Positions 8,085 through 17,459 of a DNA stretch of 64,000 nt are shown one piece after another. Made by a program: the position numbers and the translations under genes. The DNA comes from Fidelibacterota bacterium (GTDB lineage Bacteria > Fidelibacterota > UBA8477 > JABMPR01): contig JADHVL010000006.1 of assembly GCA_016784025.1 (NCBI GenBank), forward strand, positions 86,910-150,909. The letters run 5' to 3'. Below the pieces are notes generated by a model. That model was not told the DNA's origin and ran no database searches. It was given only the letters and a program-made list of their open reading frames with translations. Position 1 is the first letter of the stretch, and each line of letters opens with the position of its first letter.

Positions 8085-9437
8085 ATGTTGAAAATATTAC
8101 TGGTTGAAGATGAACGTATAAATCGAATTACCCTACAGAAGTTACTGGAGCACGCTGGTTATGCCGTAACCGCAGTAGAGGACGGGACTGCGGGTCTGGA
8201 GGCCGTTCAAACTGAAAGCTGGGACGTAGTCCTCACTGACTATCGACTCCCCGGTGCTGACGGTCTGGAGATCCTTGAGGAAGTCAAACGAATTTCACCT
8301 GATACTCAAGTATTAATCATGACTGCGTTTGCCACAGTTGAAAATGCGCTTTCCGCCTTGAAGAAGGGTGCCTTTGACTATCTCACAAAACCTTTTGACC
8401 CTGATGAATTATTCCATCATTTGGCCAGGATATCTGCAATAAGAGCTTTGAACTCTGAGAACAAAGTATTGCGAGCTTCATTGGCCGAGTTGAAAGTCTC
8501 TCCAGATCTTATTGGGCAATCTGAGATTATGCGTGATCTTTTCGAAAAGGTGAAGATCGTAGCGGAGAGCGAACATACCGTCCTGATCCAGGGAGCCAGC
8601 GGAACCGGCAAAGAAAAAATTGCCAATGCAGTCCAGTCATTGAGTCAACGACGGGAAAACCCTTATGTGAAAATTAATTGCTCAGCCCTCAGTGAAACTC
8701 TTTTTGAGACTGAAATGTTTGGTCATGAGAAAGGAGCATTTACTGGAGCTGTGAAACGATCCATTGGCCGCTTCGAGAGAGCCAAAGGTGGTACTATTCT
8801 CCTGGATGATATTGATGATTTAAGCATGCGGCTGCAAACCAAACTTCTGCGAGTGATTCAAGAAGGCGAAATTGAGAGAGTAGGGGGAACTGAAGTAATT
8901 CCAGTAGATGTCAGAATTATTGCAGCGACCAAAATTGATTTGAAATCCCTTGTTGAAAAAAAGTCATTTCGCGAGGACCTGTATTATCGCCTGAATGTGA
9001 TTAGACTTATTGTCCCAGCGCTGAACGAACGGAAATCGGACATACCCTTATTGGCTCACTTCTTTTTGTCCAAACTGAATGCAGATAAACAGCTCTCACC
9101 GGAGCTGATCAAGTATCTCATGGATCTGGATTGGCCAGGTAATGTGCGAGAGTTGGAACACTTGATCATGCAAATGTCAGTATTTTGCCGAAAAACTGTG
9201 ATAGACTTGAATGATATCCCTGATTCTTATCTTCCCATTCAGCGAAATATGGATACAAAGAATGATGGTGAGTCGTCCTTGACCACACAGGTGAACGAGT
9301 TTGAGATGCAGATAATTAATGACAGCATGGACAAATACTCGGGGAATCAGCAAAAGGTTGCTGATTCACTGGGAATTCCCAGGACCACCTTGAGGAGTAA
9401 ACTGTTAAAACATGGTCTTATCGATCTAAAAGATTAA
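8085..9437 (+). CDS. Sigma-54-dependent response regulator (NtrC-type bEBP: REC + AAA+ + HTH)
   Basis: REC domain MLKILLVEDE...VLTDYRLPG. Walker A GASGTGKE. The sigma-54 contact motif GAFTGA is present, with a C-terminal HTH. ATG 8085 sits 1 nt after the kinase stop, so the ORF-track start 8013 lies inside the kinase gene and is rejected. Confidence 0.9.
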   Translation: MLKILLVEDERINRITLQKLLEHAGYAVTAVEDGTAGLEAVQTESWDVVLTDYRLPGADGLEILEEVKRISPDTQVLIMTAFATVENALSALKKGAFDYLTKPFDPDELFHHLARISAIRALNSENKVLRASLAELKVSPDLIGQSEIMRDLFEKVKIVAESEHTVLIQGASGTGKEKIANAVQSLSQRRENPYVKINCSALSETLFETEMFGHEKGAFTGAVKRSIGRFERAKGGTILLDDIDDLSMRLQTKLLRVIQEGEIERVGGTEVIPVDVRIIAATKIDLKSLVEKKSFREDLYYRLNVIRLIVPALNERKSDIPLLAHFFLSKLNADKQLSPELIKYLMDLDWPGNVRELEHLIMQMSVFCRKTVIDLNDIPDSYLPIQRNMDTKNDGESSLTTQVNEFEMQIINDSMDKYSGNQQKVADSLGIPRTTLRSKLLKHGLIDLKD

Positions 9438-9528
9438 CCATAATTCTTGCTGCCTGGAGACGATAAGCTTCGTTTCACATTCTAACAAAAATCTTATACC
9501 TAAGATGTAGATTTCCCCTGTTAGCTAG

Positions 9529-9592
9529 TGGGAATAGACGATATCTCGTCTATAGTGACGATATCTGGTCGGTGATATAGTGAATATTCCCA
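9529..9592. promoter_or_regulatory. Dyad-symmetric candidate activator-binding region (UAS)
   Basis: TGGGAATA (9529-9536) faces TATTCCCA (9585-9592). Inside lie the palindrome TAGACGA-TATC-TCGTCTA (9535-9552) and a repeated GACGATATCT (9538-9547, 9557-9566). Confidence 0.3.
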
Positions 9593-9658
9593 GATAGTCG
9601 TGACAACTCGAAGCTGTAAGTATAATATAAACAGTAGTGAAGATTCATAGACCGTTTA

Positions 9659-9674
9659 TGGCATAGCATTTGGA
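9659..9674 (+). promoter_or_regulatory. Possible sigma-54 (-24/-12) promoter
   Basis: TGGCAT-N5-TTGGA versus consensus TGGCAC-N5-TTGCW, 55 nt upstream of ATG 9729. The -12 element reads GG rather than GC, so it is weak. Confidence 0.25.
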
Positions 9675-9728
9675 ATACATAAAGGCTGTGAATTAAAGAT
9701 AGAACCATCCAAATAAAGGACAACGAAC

Positions 9729-10328
9729 ATGGCAAAGATCGAATTAGGCAAGATTATCCCTAGATGGGAATGGCGAACTTTTGGTGATGAGTTTGGTGTT
9801 GCTGAAGAGAATATCAAAGCCCACGAATGCACCCGCGAAATTGAGAGTAGCGAAGTGTATATCCTTTCCAAGAAAAGCGGTGAGAATATCAAGATCAGAG
9901 ATACCCTCATGGATATCAAGGTATTGAGAAATGCTAAGAATGATCTGGAACAATGGTTCCCAATCATGAAAGCTACTTTTCCCATCGGAGCAGAGGAAGC
10001 TGCAGAAGTATTTAAGGCCGCTGGCATTGAGGTTGGGCTAAATGAAGCTGATACCTGGGAATATGATGCCTTCATCTCAAAAATGGTTGATACTAATTCT
10101 GATCTCAAGGCTGTTGGTGTTTTCAAAAAACGCTATGGCTATATGATTGAGGGAGCAACAGTTGAAATCGCAGACCTCACCATTGATGGCAAAGAAATCA
10201 GAACCACAGCAGTTGAAGATGCTGACCCCGAATTGGTAACGAGGCTTGTTGCAAAACTTGGTCTCAATGGTTATGAAAATATCAGCTACATCAAAGCCAT
10301 GCGTCGCATGGTGGGATTTGAGGATTAA
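9729..10328 (+). CDS. CYTH-like (triphosphate tunnel fold) protein with a degenerate ExExK motif
   Basis: The layout parallels CYTH. It has an N-terminal WEWRTF where ExExK is expected, then ENIKIRD, then KKRYGYMIEGATVEIADLTIDGKEIRTTAVE (compare the K.R..Y....V.LD.V..LG.F.EIE pattern). Confidence 0.45.
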   Translation: MAKIELGKIIPRWEWRTFGDEFGVAEENIKAHECTREIESSEVYILSKKSGENIKIRDTLMDIKVLRNAKNDLEQWFPIMKATFPIGAEEAAEVFKAAGIEVGLNEADTWEYDAFISKMVDTNSDLKAVGVFKKRYGYMIEGATVEIADLTIDGKEIRTTAVEDADPELVTRLVAKLGLNGYENISYIKAMRRMVGFED

Positions 10329-10331
10329 ACC

Positions 10332-10796
10332 ATGGGTCAAGAAATAGAACGTAAGTTTCTGGTCACAGCGACTACCTATCGTGATTTAGCAAAAGGCACG
10401 CATTACAAACAGGGCTACCTGAATAGTCAGAAAGAACGTGTTGTACGCGTTCGGACCATTGACGCCACAGGGTATATGACAGTCAAGGGAATCACAAAAG
10501 GGGCAACCCGCCTCGAATACGAATATGAAATCCCAGCTAAAGATGCTGATGAATTGTTAGATATGCTCTGTGAACAACCCATTATTGATAAACATCGTTA
10601 TAAGGTGAAAATGGGTGAATTCGTGTGGGAAATCGATGAATTCCATGGAGAAAATGAAGGTCTCACAGTTGCAGAGGTGGAATTGCTTTCTGAAGATCAG
10701 GAATTTCCAAAACCTGATTGGATAGGAGAGGAAGTCACTGGAGATCCCCGCTATTACAATTCGAATTTAATCGCCAATCCTTTCAAGAAATGGTAA
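10332..10796 (+). CDS. CYTH domain protein (triphosphate tunnel metalloenzyme, inorganic triphosphatase/class IV cyclase family)
   Basis: Canonical N-terminal EIERKFLV (ExExK). RVRT, TVKG, LEYEYEI, KHRYKV and VAEVEL beta-strand motifs follow. 154 aa. Confidence 0.8.
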   Translation: MGQEIERKFLVTATTYRDLAKGTHYKQGYLNSQKERVVRVRTIDATGYMTVKGITKGATRLEYEYEIPAKDADELLDMLCEQPIIDKHRYKVKMGEFVWEIDEFHGENEGLTVAEVELLSEDQEFPKPDWIGEEVTGDPRYYNSNLIANPFKKW

Positions 10797-10813
10797 TAGA
10801 TCCCTTTTAGCCT

Positions 10814-12364
10814 ATGAAACAAATGTTGAATGACACGAAGGTGAAAATCACCCTCCGAGTAATTGGTTTAATATTACTCGTAATGGCTTTTCTACTATTG
10901 GTGCCTTCAGCCAAGGCAGCCTTCCCTGAAAAGCCAATCAAAATTGTGGTATACACAGGTCCCGGCGGACTTATTGATATCAGTGCCAGGAAGTTTGCAG
11001 GAATCGCCGCAAAATATGTAGATGTAAATTTTGTTGTTGAGAATAAACCTGGGGCCGGTGGCATAGTTGCACTCAAAAAGGTTATTCAGGCACCTGCAGA
11101 CGGTTACAATCTTTATGCCTGCACAAAATCCAATATTGCCAAGTTCGTTCAGGTAGGGGGCGAGGGATATGTCGATGCTCTACACTGGACGGCTATGCTC
11201 ATGGCTGACCCAGAATGCGTCATTACCAATCGGAAATTGGCGATCTATGAATGGAACGATATTGTTTTAGACGCCCTGGCCACCCCAGGAGAACAAACCT
11301 GGGTAGGTCCTGCCGCTGGGGGACTGGATCATGTTACTGCATTGAAGATATGGGACAAATATGGGATGGATGCAAAGTGGATTCCATTTAAAAGCGGTGG
11401 AAAAGCACTTGCTGCACTCCTGGGAGAGCAGGGGGTAGCCTATGTTGGAAATCCCCGCGATGCCCTTGGTAATCCCGACTTGTTTATTGCTGCCGTATCT
11501 GCACCACAACGCCTAGAAGCCTTCCCAGATGTGCCAACCTTTACTGAACTCGGTATGCCTGACCTGGAGAATGAATTCATGTGGAGAGGTTTTGCTCTGA
11601 AGAAGGGAACTCCCCCCGACGTAATCCAATGGTATGATGATCTTTTCAAAAAAGTATCTGCTGATTCGGAATGGAGAGATTTTTGGGCTAAAGGTGGGAT
11701 AGATGTTGCCTATGTGGCTGAACCTGAATTCTCTAAGCTTGTGGCAGAAGATGCAAAGGTCTTTGAATATTATTTGAAGAAGAGTGACATTCTTCCCGGA
11801 GAGGCTGTTGGATTTATGGCGAAAATGGCAAGTGGCTCAGCCTTTAAAATACTTGCGCTAATACTCGTATGTATCTGGTTATCAGGCTCATACATGGTTC
11901 ACAAATCACAATATTCGGCCATATTAGGGAGAGTGTTGGTTATTGGCTTCTTTTTAATCGTGAGCATTCTTTTTCTTATACAATCAATGAATTTTCCAAG
12001 TAGCTCAGCTGTGGGACCGGCCGCTGTCCCGCGTCTTTGGATCTTTATGTTAGTCCCTCTTAATATCTTACTTCTGGTCAAGACATTTCGCAAAAACGAA
12101 GCAGTTGCGGAGACTGGTCCTCGAGTAGATATCGTGCTCAGCTTTATTGGATTTCTAGTGATTTACCTGTTTGCCATGCAATTATTTGGTTATTTCCTCA
12201 GCACATTTGCATTCATTATCGTAGGTCTTTACTATCTTGGATATCGTAAATGGCGCAACACCTTTATCATAGCTGGTGCCTGGATATTGTTCTCCTATAT
12301 CATCTTTTATAAAACCCTATACGTTCCGCTTCCTTTGGGAATGCTATTCGAAAACCTCTTCTAA
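10814..12364 (+). CDS. Tripartite tricarboxylate transporter TctC (Bug-family binding protein) fused to a TctB-like 4-TM domain
   Basis: The N-terminal ~330 aa carry FPEKPIKIVVYTGPGGLIDISAR and VVENKPGAGGIVA...APADGYNL (Bug/TctC signature). The C-terminal ~170 aa have four hydrophobic helices of TctB size and sit directly before TctA. Confidence 0.7.
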   Translation: MKQMLNDTKVKITLRVIGLILLVMAFLLLVPSAKAAFPEKPIKIVVYTGPGGLIDISARKFAGIAAKYVDVNFVVENKPGAGGIVALKKVIQAPADGYNLYACTKSNIAKFVQVGGEGYVDALHWTAMLMADPECVITNRKLAIYEWNDIVLDALATPGEQTWVGPAAGGLDHVTALKIWDKYGMDAKWIPFKSGGKALAALLGEQGVAYVGNPRDALGNPDLFIAAVSAPQRLEAFPDVPTFTELGMPDLENEFMWRGFALKKGTPPDVIQWYDDLFKKVSADSEWRDFWAKGGIDVAYVAEPEFSKLVAEDAKVFEYYLKKSDILPGEAVGFMAKMASGSAFKILALILVCIWLSGSYMVHKSQYSAILGRVLVIGFFLIVSILFLIQSMNFPSSSAVGPAAVPRLWIFMLVPLNILLLVKTFRKNEAVAETGPRVDIVLSFIGFLVIYLFAMQLFGYFLSTFAFIIVGLYYLGYRKWRNTFIIAGAWILFSYIIFYKTLYVPLPLGMLFENLF

Positions 12365-12375
12365 GGATCTGAGCA

Positions 12376-13857
12376 GTGGAATTATTAAGCAATTTAGGAG
12401 ACGGTTTAGCATTTGTTCTGGGTGTAGTCCCCATCCTGACTATTACACTTGGTGTAGCTATGGGAATTGTGGCTGGCGCCACACCCGGCTTATCACCATC
12501 AATGGGTGTAGCTTTGCTAGTACCCTTTACCTATGCCATGTCTCCAACACTGGCATTGATTCTTCTCGTGGCTATTTACATTGCCGCTAACTATGGTGGC
12601 TCCATTACGGCTGTCACCATTAATGCTCCTGGCACACCTTCATCAGTCGTTACAGCCTTCGATGGCTACCCACTAACAAAGAAGGGCAAGCCGGGGATGG
12701 CACTCGGTGTTTCATTGGTTTCCTCTACAGTTGGAGGTATCATTGGAACGCTAATTTTAATCTTCTTTTCAGGACCCTTAGCAAGGTTTGCGTTGAAATT
12801 TCATCCCGCAGAATACTTTGCTCTGGCTATTTTTGGTCTTACCACGGTCGCATCCCTTGGTGGAAAAAATTGGATTAAAGCCTTTATAGCGGCAATGTTT
12901 GGCCTCCTGTTGAATACAATTGGCATCGACCCAATTTCTGGCGTGAGTCGTTTTACTTTTGGCATTTCATTTTTATACGATGGTTTTGCATTGATCCCGG
13001 CCTTGATCGGTCTCTTTGCCCTCAGCGAGATATTCAAGCAACTGGAGGGTGGTGATTTCTCCAGTCAGCAAGTTGAGTCAGGTAAACAAGAATGGCCAAC
13101 GGCTGGTGCATACTGGAAGTTGAAGAATACTATCATGCGATCCTCTCTCATGGGAACCATCATCGGTATATTCCCCGGGGCTGGAGCCACCATTGCAGCC
13201 TTCATTTCCTATGATGTAGCCAAACGAGTCAGTAAACATCCAGAAGAATTTGGACATGGCAGCCTGGAAGGCGTGGCTGCCGCTGAAGGTGCCAACAGTA
13301 GCTCCGTTGGTGGTGCACTCATTCCATTACTCACACTGGGTATACCGGGCAGCGCCTCCACGGCAGTACTTATTGGTGCCCTGATGATACATGACCTTAC
13401 ACCTGGTCCACAGCTATTCATTTCCAATCCTGATATTATATACGGACTTCTCGCCAGTCTCTTGCTGGCAAATATTATCCTGCTGGTTCTGGGATTCTTT
13501 GGAAGCCGCTTATGGATCAAAGTAACTACCATCCCAAAAACTGTCTTATTCCCACTGATATTTGCTGTATCAATCATCGGTAGTTTTGCTGTGAGGAATT
13601 CATTTTTTGATGTAGCGGCCTGTCTGGCCTTTGGAGTATTTGGATGGATTTTACGTAGATACAACTATCCAGTTGCCCCCATTATCCTTGGTATGGTTCT
13701 GGGTAATATTGCCGAAACAAATTTCATACGCGCCATCATGATGGGGGGGTGGACAGTCTTTTTTACCCGCCCACTAAGTTTGGGAATGCTCGTGGTCGCT
13801 GCAGCAAGTTTTGCTGTACCCTTAATTCAAGCTCGAAAACAGAAAACCAGCTCTTAG
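12376..13857 (+). CDS. tctA: Tripartite tricarboxylate transporter large permease TctA
   Basis: 493 aa and highly hydrophobic. GTG start with AAGGA upstream. Motifs GATPGLSPSMGVALL, NYGGSITA, PGTPSS and IFPGAGATIAAF are typical of TctA. Confidence 0.8.
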   Translation: MELLSNLGDGLAFVLGVVPILTITLGVAMGIVAGATPGLSPSMGVALLVPFTYAMSPTLALILLVAIYIAANYGGSITAVTINAPGTPSSVVTAFDGYPLTKKGKPGMALGVSLVSSTVGGIIGTLILIFFSGPLARFALKFHPAEYFALAIFGLTTVASLGGKNWIKAFIAAMFGLLLNTIGIDPISGVSRFTFGISFLYDGFALIPALIGLFALSEIFKQLEGGDFSSQQVESGKQEWPTAGAYWKLKNTIMRSSLMGTIIGIFPGAGATIAAFISYDVAKRVSKHPEEFGHGSLEGVAAAEGANSSSVGGALIPLLTLGIPGSASTAVLIGALMIHDLTPGPQLFISNPDIIYGLLASLLLANIILLVLGFFGSRLWIKVTTIPKTVLFPLIFAVSIIGSFAVRNSFFDVAACLAFGVFGWILRRYNYPVAPIILGMVLGNIAETNFIRAIMMGGWTVFFTRPLSLGMLVVAAASFAVPLIQARKQKTSS

Positions 13858-13879
13858 AGCTGAACGGAGGCTTTGCTAC

Positions 13880-15673
13880 TTGTACTTGTTGACCAAATTC
13901 AGACCACTGCTAATTTTACTAGCCCTATTTACCTTCAATTCCACAGTAATGGCTGCTGAGCCCCATGGACAGTCAGAAATTTCATGGTGGGTCTTGATAA
14001 TGACCCTGCTTGGTGGACTCGCTCTATTCCTTTATGGAATGGAAAAAATGAGTTCAGGTATGAAGAAGGCAGCAGGGGATAAAATGCGCTCGATTCTATC
14101 GGCCCTGACAAATAATCGGTATATGGGTCTCATGGTAGGTGCATTTGTTACCATGGTCATCCAGAGTAGCAGTGCCACCACAGTTATGCTGGTAAGTTTT
14201 GTCCAAGCTGGTCTCATGACCTTTGTTCAGAGCCTGGGTGTGATTCTGGGTGCCGACATCGGTACGACTGTCACAGCTCAACTCGTAGCCTTTAAGTTGA
14301 CTGATTATGCATTATTGATGATTGCCATTGGTTTTGGCCTCATGATGTTTGGTAGGAATGAGAGCCAGAAGAACATTGGCGAGTCGGTACTGGGTTTTGG
14401 TATTCTATTCTATGGTATGAAACTCATGTCGGATGCAATGTACCCATTGAGAACTTATGAACCCTTTATCACTACCCTATCACATTTAGAAAATCCCATT
14501 CTGGGTCTCTTGGTTGGAGCAGCCTTTACTGCTTTGATCCAAAGCAGTAGTGCCTTCACAGGTATCATCATTGTTCTTTCCCAACAAGGTTTGCTGAGTC
14601 TCGATGCAGGTATCCCGCTCATTATGGGAGCCAATATTGGAACCTGTGTTACAGCAGGTTTGGCCAGTATAGGTGCATCCCGGGAAGCTAAGCGCGTTGC
14701 CATGGCACACGTGATGTTCAAGATTGTTGGCGTCATGCTATTTATTTTCTGGATCCCCTGGTTCGCTGATATCATTCGTGCCATATCACCAACTTCAACT
14801 GAAACAGGTATGGCCAACCTTAGTGCAGTGGTTCCTCGCCAAATAGCCAATGCCCATACTATCTTCAATGTGGGGCTAGCGTTTGTGTTTATTCCCTTCA
14901 CTGGCATTTTTGCCAACATTATTCTAAGGATATTCCCGGATGTGGAGGACGAGAGGGATCTTACAATTGCTACCTGGCACCTGGATGAGTCTGCCATTGA
15001 GACCCCTGCCATGGCATTGGATCTCGCCAGATCAGAAATAGCTCGAATGGCCAAGATTACGGGTAGAATGCTAGATGGTTTCATACAGCCATTTCTCGAA
15101 AATGATCCCGGGCAGGATTCGGTGCATCCACAACTCACCGTCATGGAAGGCATCGAGATGCGAGAGCGGAAACTGGATTTTCTGGAGAAGAAAATAAAGA
15201 AGTATCTGCTTCAGATCGGTCAGGAAGAACTCTCAGACACTCAGATTGCTGAAGTATTTGGTATGATCACCATCTCCAGTCAAATGGAAAGTATTGGCGA
15301 TATCATGGAGCGGAATTTGAGACCGCTCGTGACCAAAAAGCGTGGGCTCCAACTGGATTTCTCTGATGAAGGCAAAAAAGAACTAATCAAATACAATACA
15401 AAAGTATGCAAACAGTTCAGTCGTCTGGAAAAAACGTTTTCTGAGCTCGACCCCAAACGCGCCAAAAAGGTAATGGTCAAAGAGGAAAAGTACCTCAACC
15501 TGGAGGCTCAATACCGGGAATCCCATTTCCAGCGTCTCCATGCTGCCCGTGAAGAATCTGTGGAAACAGATGCCATTCATACAGAGCTACTGGAAATGAT
15601 GAAGCAGATCAACCTCCATACTGGTGAAATAGCAAAGATCATCCTGGAACTTTCTGACCATGAGGAGGGTTAA
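13880..15673 (+). CDS. Na/Pi-cotransporter family protein with C-terminal PhoU-like domain (paralog 1)
   Basis: Duplicated Na_Pi_cotrans repeats (VIQSSSATTVMLVSF and LIQSSSAFTGIIIVL). The C-terminal ~200-aa helical region with SIGDIMERN fits PhoU-type repeats. Confidence 0.85.
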   Translation: MYLLTKFRPLLILLALFTFNSTVMAAEPHGQSEISWWVLIMTLLGGLALFLYGMEKMSSGMKKAAGDKMRSILSALTNNRYMGLMVGAFVTMVIQSSSATTVMLVSFVQAGLMTFVQSLGVILGADIGTTVTAQLVAFKLTDYALLMIAIGFGLMMFGRNESQKNIGESVLGFGILFYGMKLMSDAMYPLRTYEPFITTLSHLENPILGLLVGAAFTALIQSSSAFTGIIIVLSQQGLLSLDAGIPLIMGANIGTCVTAGLASIGASREAKRVAMAHVMFKIVGVMLFIFWIPWFADIIRAISPTSTETGMANLSAVVPRQIANAHTIFNVGLAFVFIPFTGIFANIILRIFPDVEDERDLTIATWHLDESAIETPAMALDLARSEIARMAKITGRMLDGFIQPFLENDPGQDSVHPQLTVMEGIEMRERKLDFLEKKIKKYLLQIGQEELSDTQIAEVFGMITISSQMESIGDIMERNLRPLVTKKRGLQLDFSDEGKKELIKYNTKVCKQFSRLEKTFSELDPKRAKKVMVKEEKYLNLEAQYRESHFQRLHAAREESVETDAIHTELLEMMKQINLHTGEIAKIILELSDHEEG

Positions 15674-15682
15674 GCTGTCTTT

Positions 15683-17449
15683 ATGAGGTATCTTGTACCC
15701 ATCTTGCTGTTCTCAGCCAGACCATTGCTTGCCAATGATCATGTGACAACAGATATAGAATGGACCTTTCTGGTCATGGGGTTGTTTGGTGGTCTATCTC
15801 TCTTCCTATATGGGATGGACAAGATGAGTGATGGAATGAAGAAAGCTGCCGGGGATAGGATGAGAAACATCCTCGCTGCCTTAACCAGACATCGAATAGT
15901 GGGACTGACCCTTGGTGCCTTTGTAACCATGGTCATTCAAAGCTCAAGCGCCACAACAGTAATGCTCGTCAGTTTTGTACAGGCTGGACTAATGGGTTTT
16001 GCTCAATCACTCGCAGTGATTATGGGTGCCAATATTGGAACCACAATTACGGCTCAACTCGTGGCTTTTAAACTCACAGACTATGCTCTTGCAATGATCA
16101 CAATAGGCTTTCTCATGAATCTATTTTCAAAGCAAGAATCAATAAAGCATTTGGGACAGGCGTTGCTGGGTTTTGGAATCCTGTTCTTCGGAATGAAACT
16201 CATGTCAGACTCCATGAAACCACTCCGGACTTTTGAACCATTCATCGGACTAATGGAAGGTCTAGAAAATCCAATCTATGGACTTTTAATTGGTGCCCTC
16301 TTTACCGGTCTTATTCAAAGCAGTAGTGCCTTTACAGGTATTGTTATCGTTCTTGCCCAGCAGGGTCTGCTTTCTCTTGATGCGGGTATTCCTTTAATTA
16401 TGGGTGCCAATATCGGGACCTGTATCACGGCAGGTCTGGCGAGTATTGGAACGATTCGTGGGGCTAAACGAGTAGCCATTGCCCATGTCCTGTTCAATCT
16501 TGGAGGGGTATTCATTTTTATCTGGTTTATTCCTCAATTGGCTGATCTGGTCAGGTGGATGTCTCCAGTTGCTCATGCTACTGGGGTAGAAAAACTGGCT
16601 ATGGAAACCCCTCGCCAGATAGCAAATGCACACACCATATTCAATATTACCGTCGGGCTTGTTTTTCTACCTTTCACCTCCTTCCTGGCAACCCTCATAT
16701 TAAAGATTCTGCCTGATGAGGAGATCGAAAAGGGAATTGTGCCTGTGACCTGGCACCTGGATAATTCCCAGGTATCACACCCCGCTGTTGCCATCGAATT
16801 GGCCCGAACTGAAATGCTCCGCATGATCAAGATTTTGGGACGTATGCTCGATGTATTCCTGCGTCCTTTCCTGGGAGATGAAAAAGAACCTGATCGGTAC
16901 TATCCTCAACTATCCCTCATGGAAGGGATTGATATGCGCGAGGACAAGATCAATTTCCTTGAGCAAAACGTATCTAAATACCTTTTTAGCATCAGTCGGC
17001 AGGAATTGAGTGATATTCAAGCAGCAAAAGTGTTCAGCATGATGTCTATGGTCAAAGACATGGAAAGTATTGGTGATATCATCCATGGCCGAATCAAACT
17101 GCTGGTAGAAAAGAAACGTAAGTTAAAAGAACCATTCTCCGAACAAGGGCAGAATGAATTGACTGATTTCCACGTAAGAGTTATGAAGCAAATCTCCCGG
17201 TTGAGAAGTGCTTTTTCCAAAGAAAAATCCAAAAAAATTGAGAAAGTGATCCGAAAAGATCAAAAATATAGAGACCTTGAATCAGAGTACCGGATGAGGC
17301 ATCTCGAGCGAGTGAAGAGTGAGAGGGCAGATTCTGTTGCAACCCATGACCTTCACATGGAGCTCATGGATCTGCTCAAGCAAATCAACGTTTATACTGG
17401 CGAGATCGCCAAAAACATTGTTGTCATTGAAGAAACTGAAACGGAGTAA
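15683..17449 (+). CDS. Na/Pi-cotransporter family protein with C-terminal PhoU-like domain (paralog 2)
   Basis: Same architecture as paralog 1. Long identical runs are shared (GAFVTMVIQSSSATTVMLVSFVQAGLM, LSLDAGIPLIMGANIGTC). Confidence 0.85.
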   Translation: MRYLVPILLFSARPLLANDHVTTDIEWTFLVMGLFGGLSLFLYGMDKMSDGMKKAAGDRMRNILAALTRHRIVGLTLGAFVTMVIQSSSATTVMLVSFVQAGLMGFAQSLAVIMGANIGTTITAQLVAFKLTDYALAMITIGFLMNLFSKQESIKHLGQALLGFGILFFGMKLMSDSMKPLRTFEPFIGLMEGLENPIYGLLIGALFTGLIQSSSAFTGIVIVLAQQGLLSLDAGIPLIMGANIGTCITAGLASIGTIRGAKRVAIAHVLFNLGGVFIFIWFIPQLADLVRWMSPVAHATGVEKLAMETPRQIANAHTIFNITVGLVFLPFTSFLATLILKILPDEEIEKGIVPVTWHLDNSQVSHPAVAIELARTEMLRMIKILGRMLDVFLRPFLGDEKEPDRYYPQLSLMEGIDMREDKINFLEQNVSKYLFSISRQELSDIQAAKVFSMMSMVKDMESIGDIIHGRIKLLVEKKRKLKEPFSEQGQNELTDFHVRVMKQISRLRSAFSKEKSKKIEKVIRKDQKYRDLESEYRMRHLERVKSERADSVATHDLHMELMDLLKQINVYTGEIAKNIVVIEETETE

Positions 17450-17459
17450 GGAAAGCATT

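Noticed and set aside
9656-10126. 156-aa minus-strand ORF
   Set aside because: It is antisense to the first CYTH-like gene and extends into the regulatory gap. Its composition is shadow-ORF-like.
14455-15153. 232-aa ORF on the minus strand
   Set aside because: It is fully antisense to the well-supported Na/Pi cotransporter gene, with a low-complexity Ala/Ser/Arg-rich composition typical of shadow ORFs.
17319-17459. Upstream extension of the lipoprotein ORF
   Set aside because: It overlaps the 3' end of the second Na/Pi cotransporter gene. ATG 17460 yields a proper lipoprotein signal peptide.
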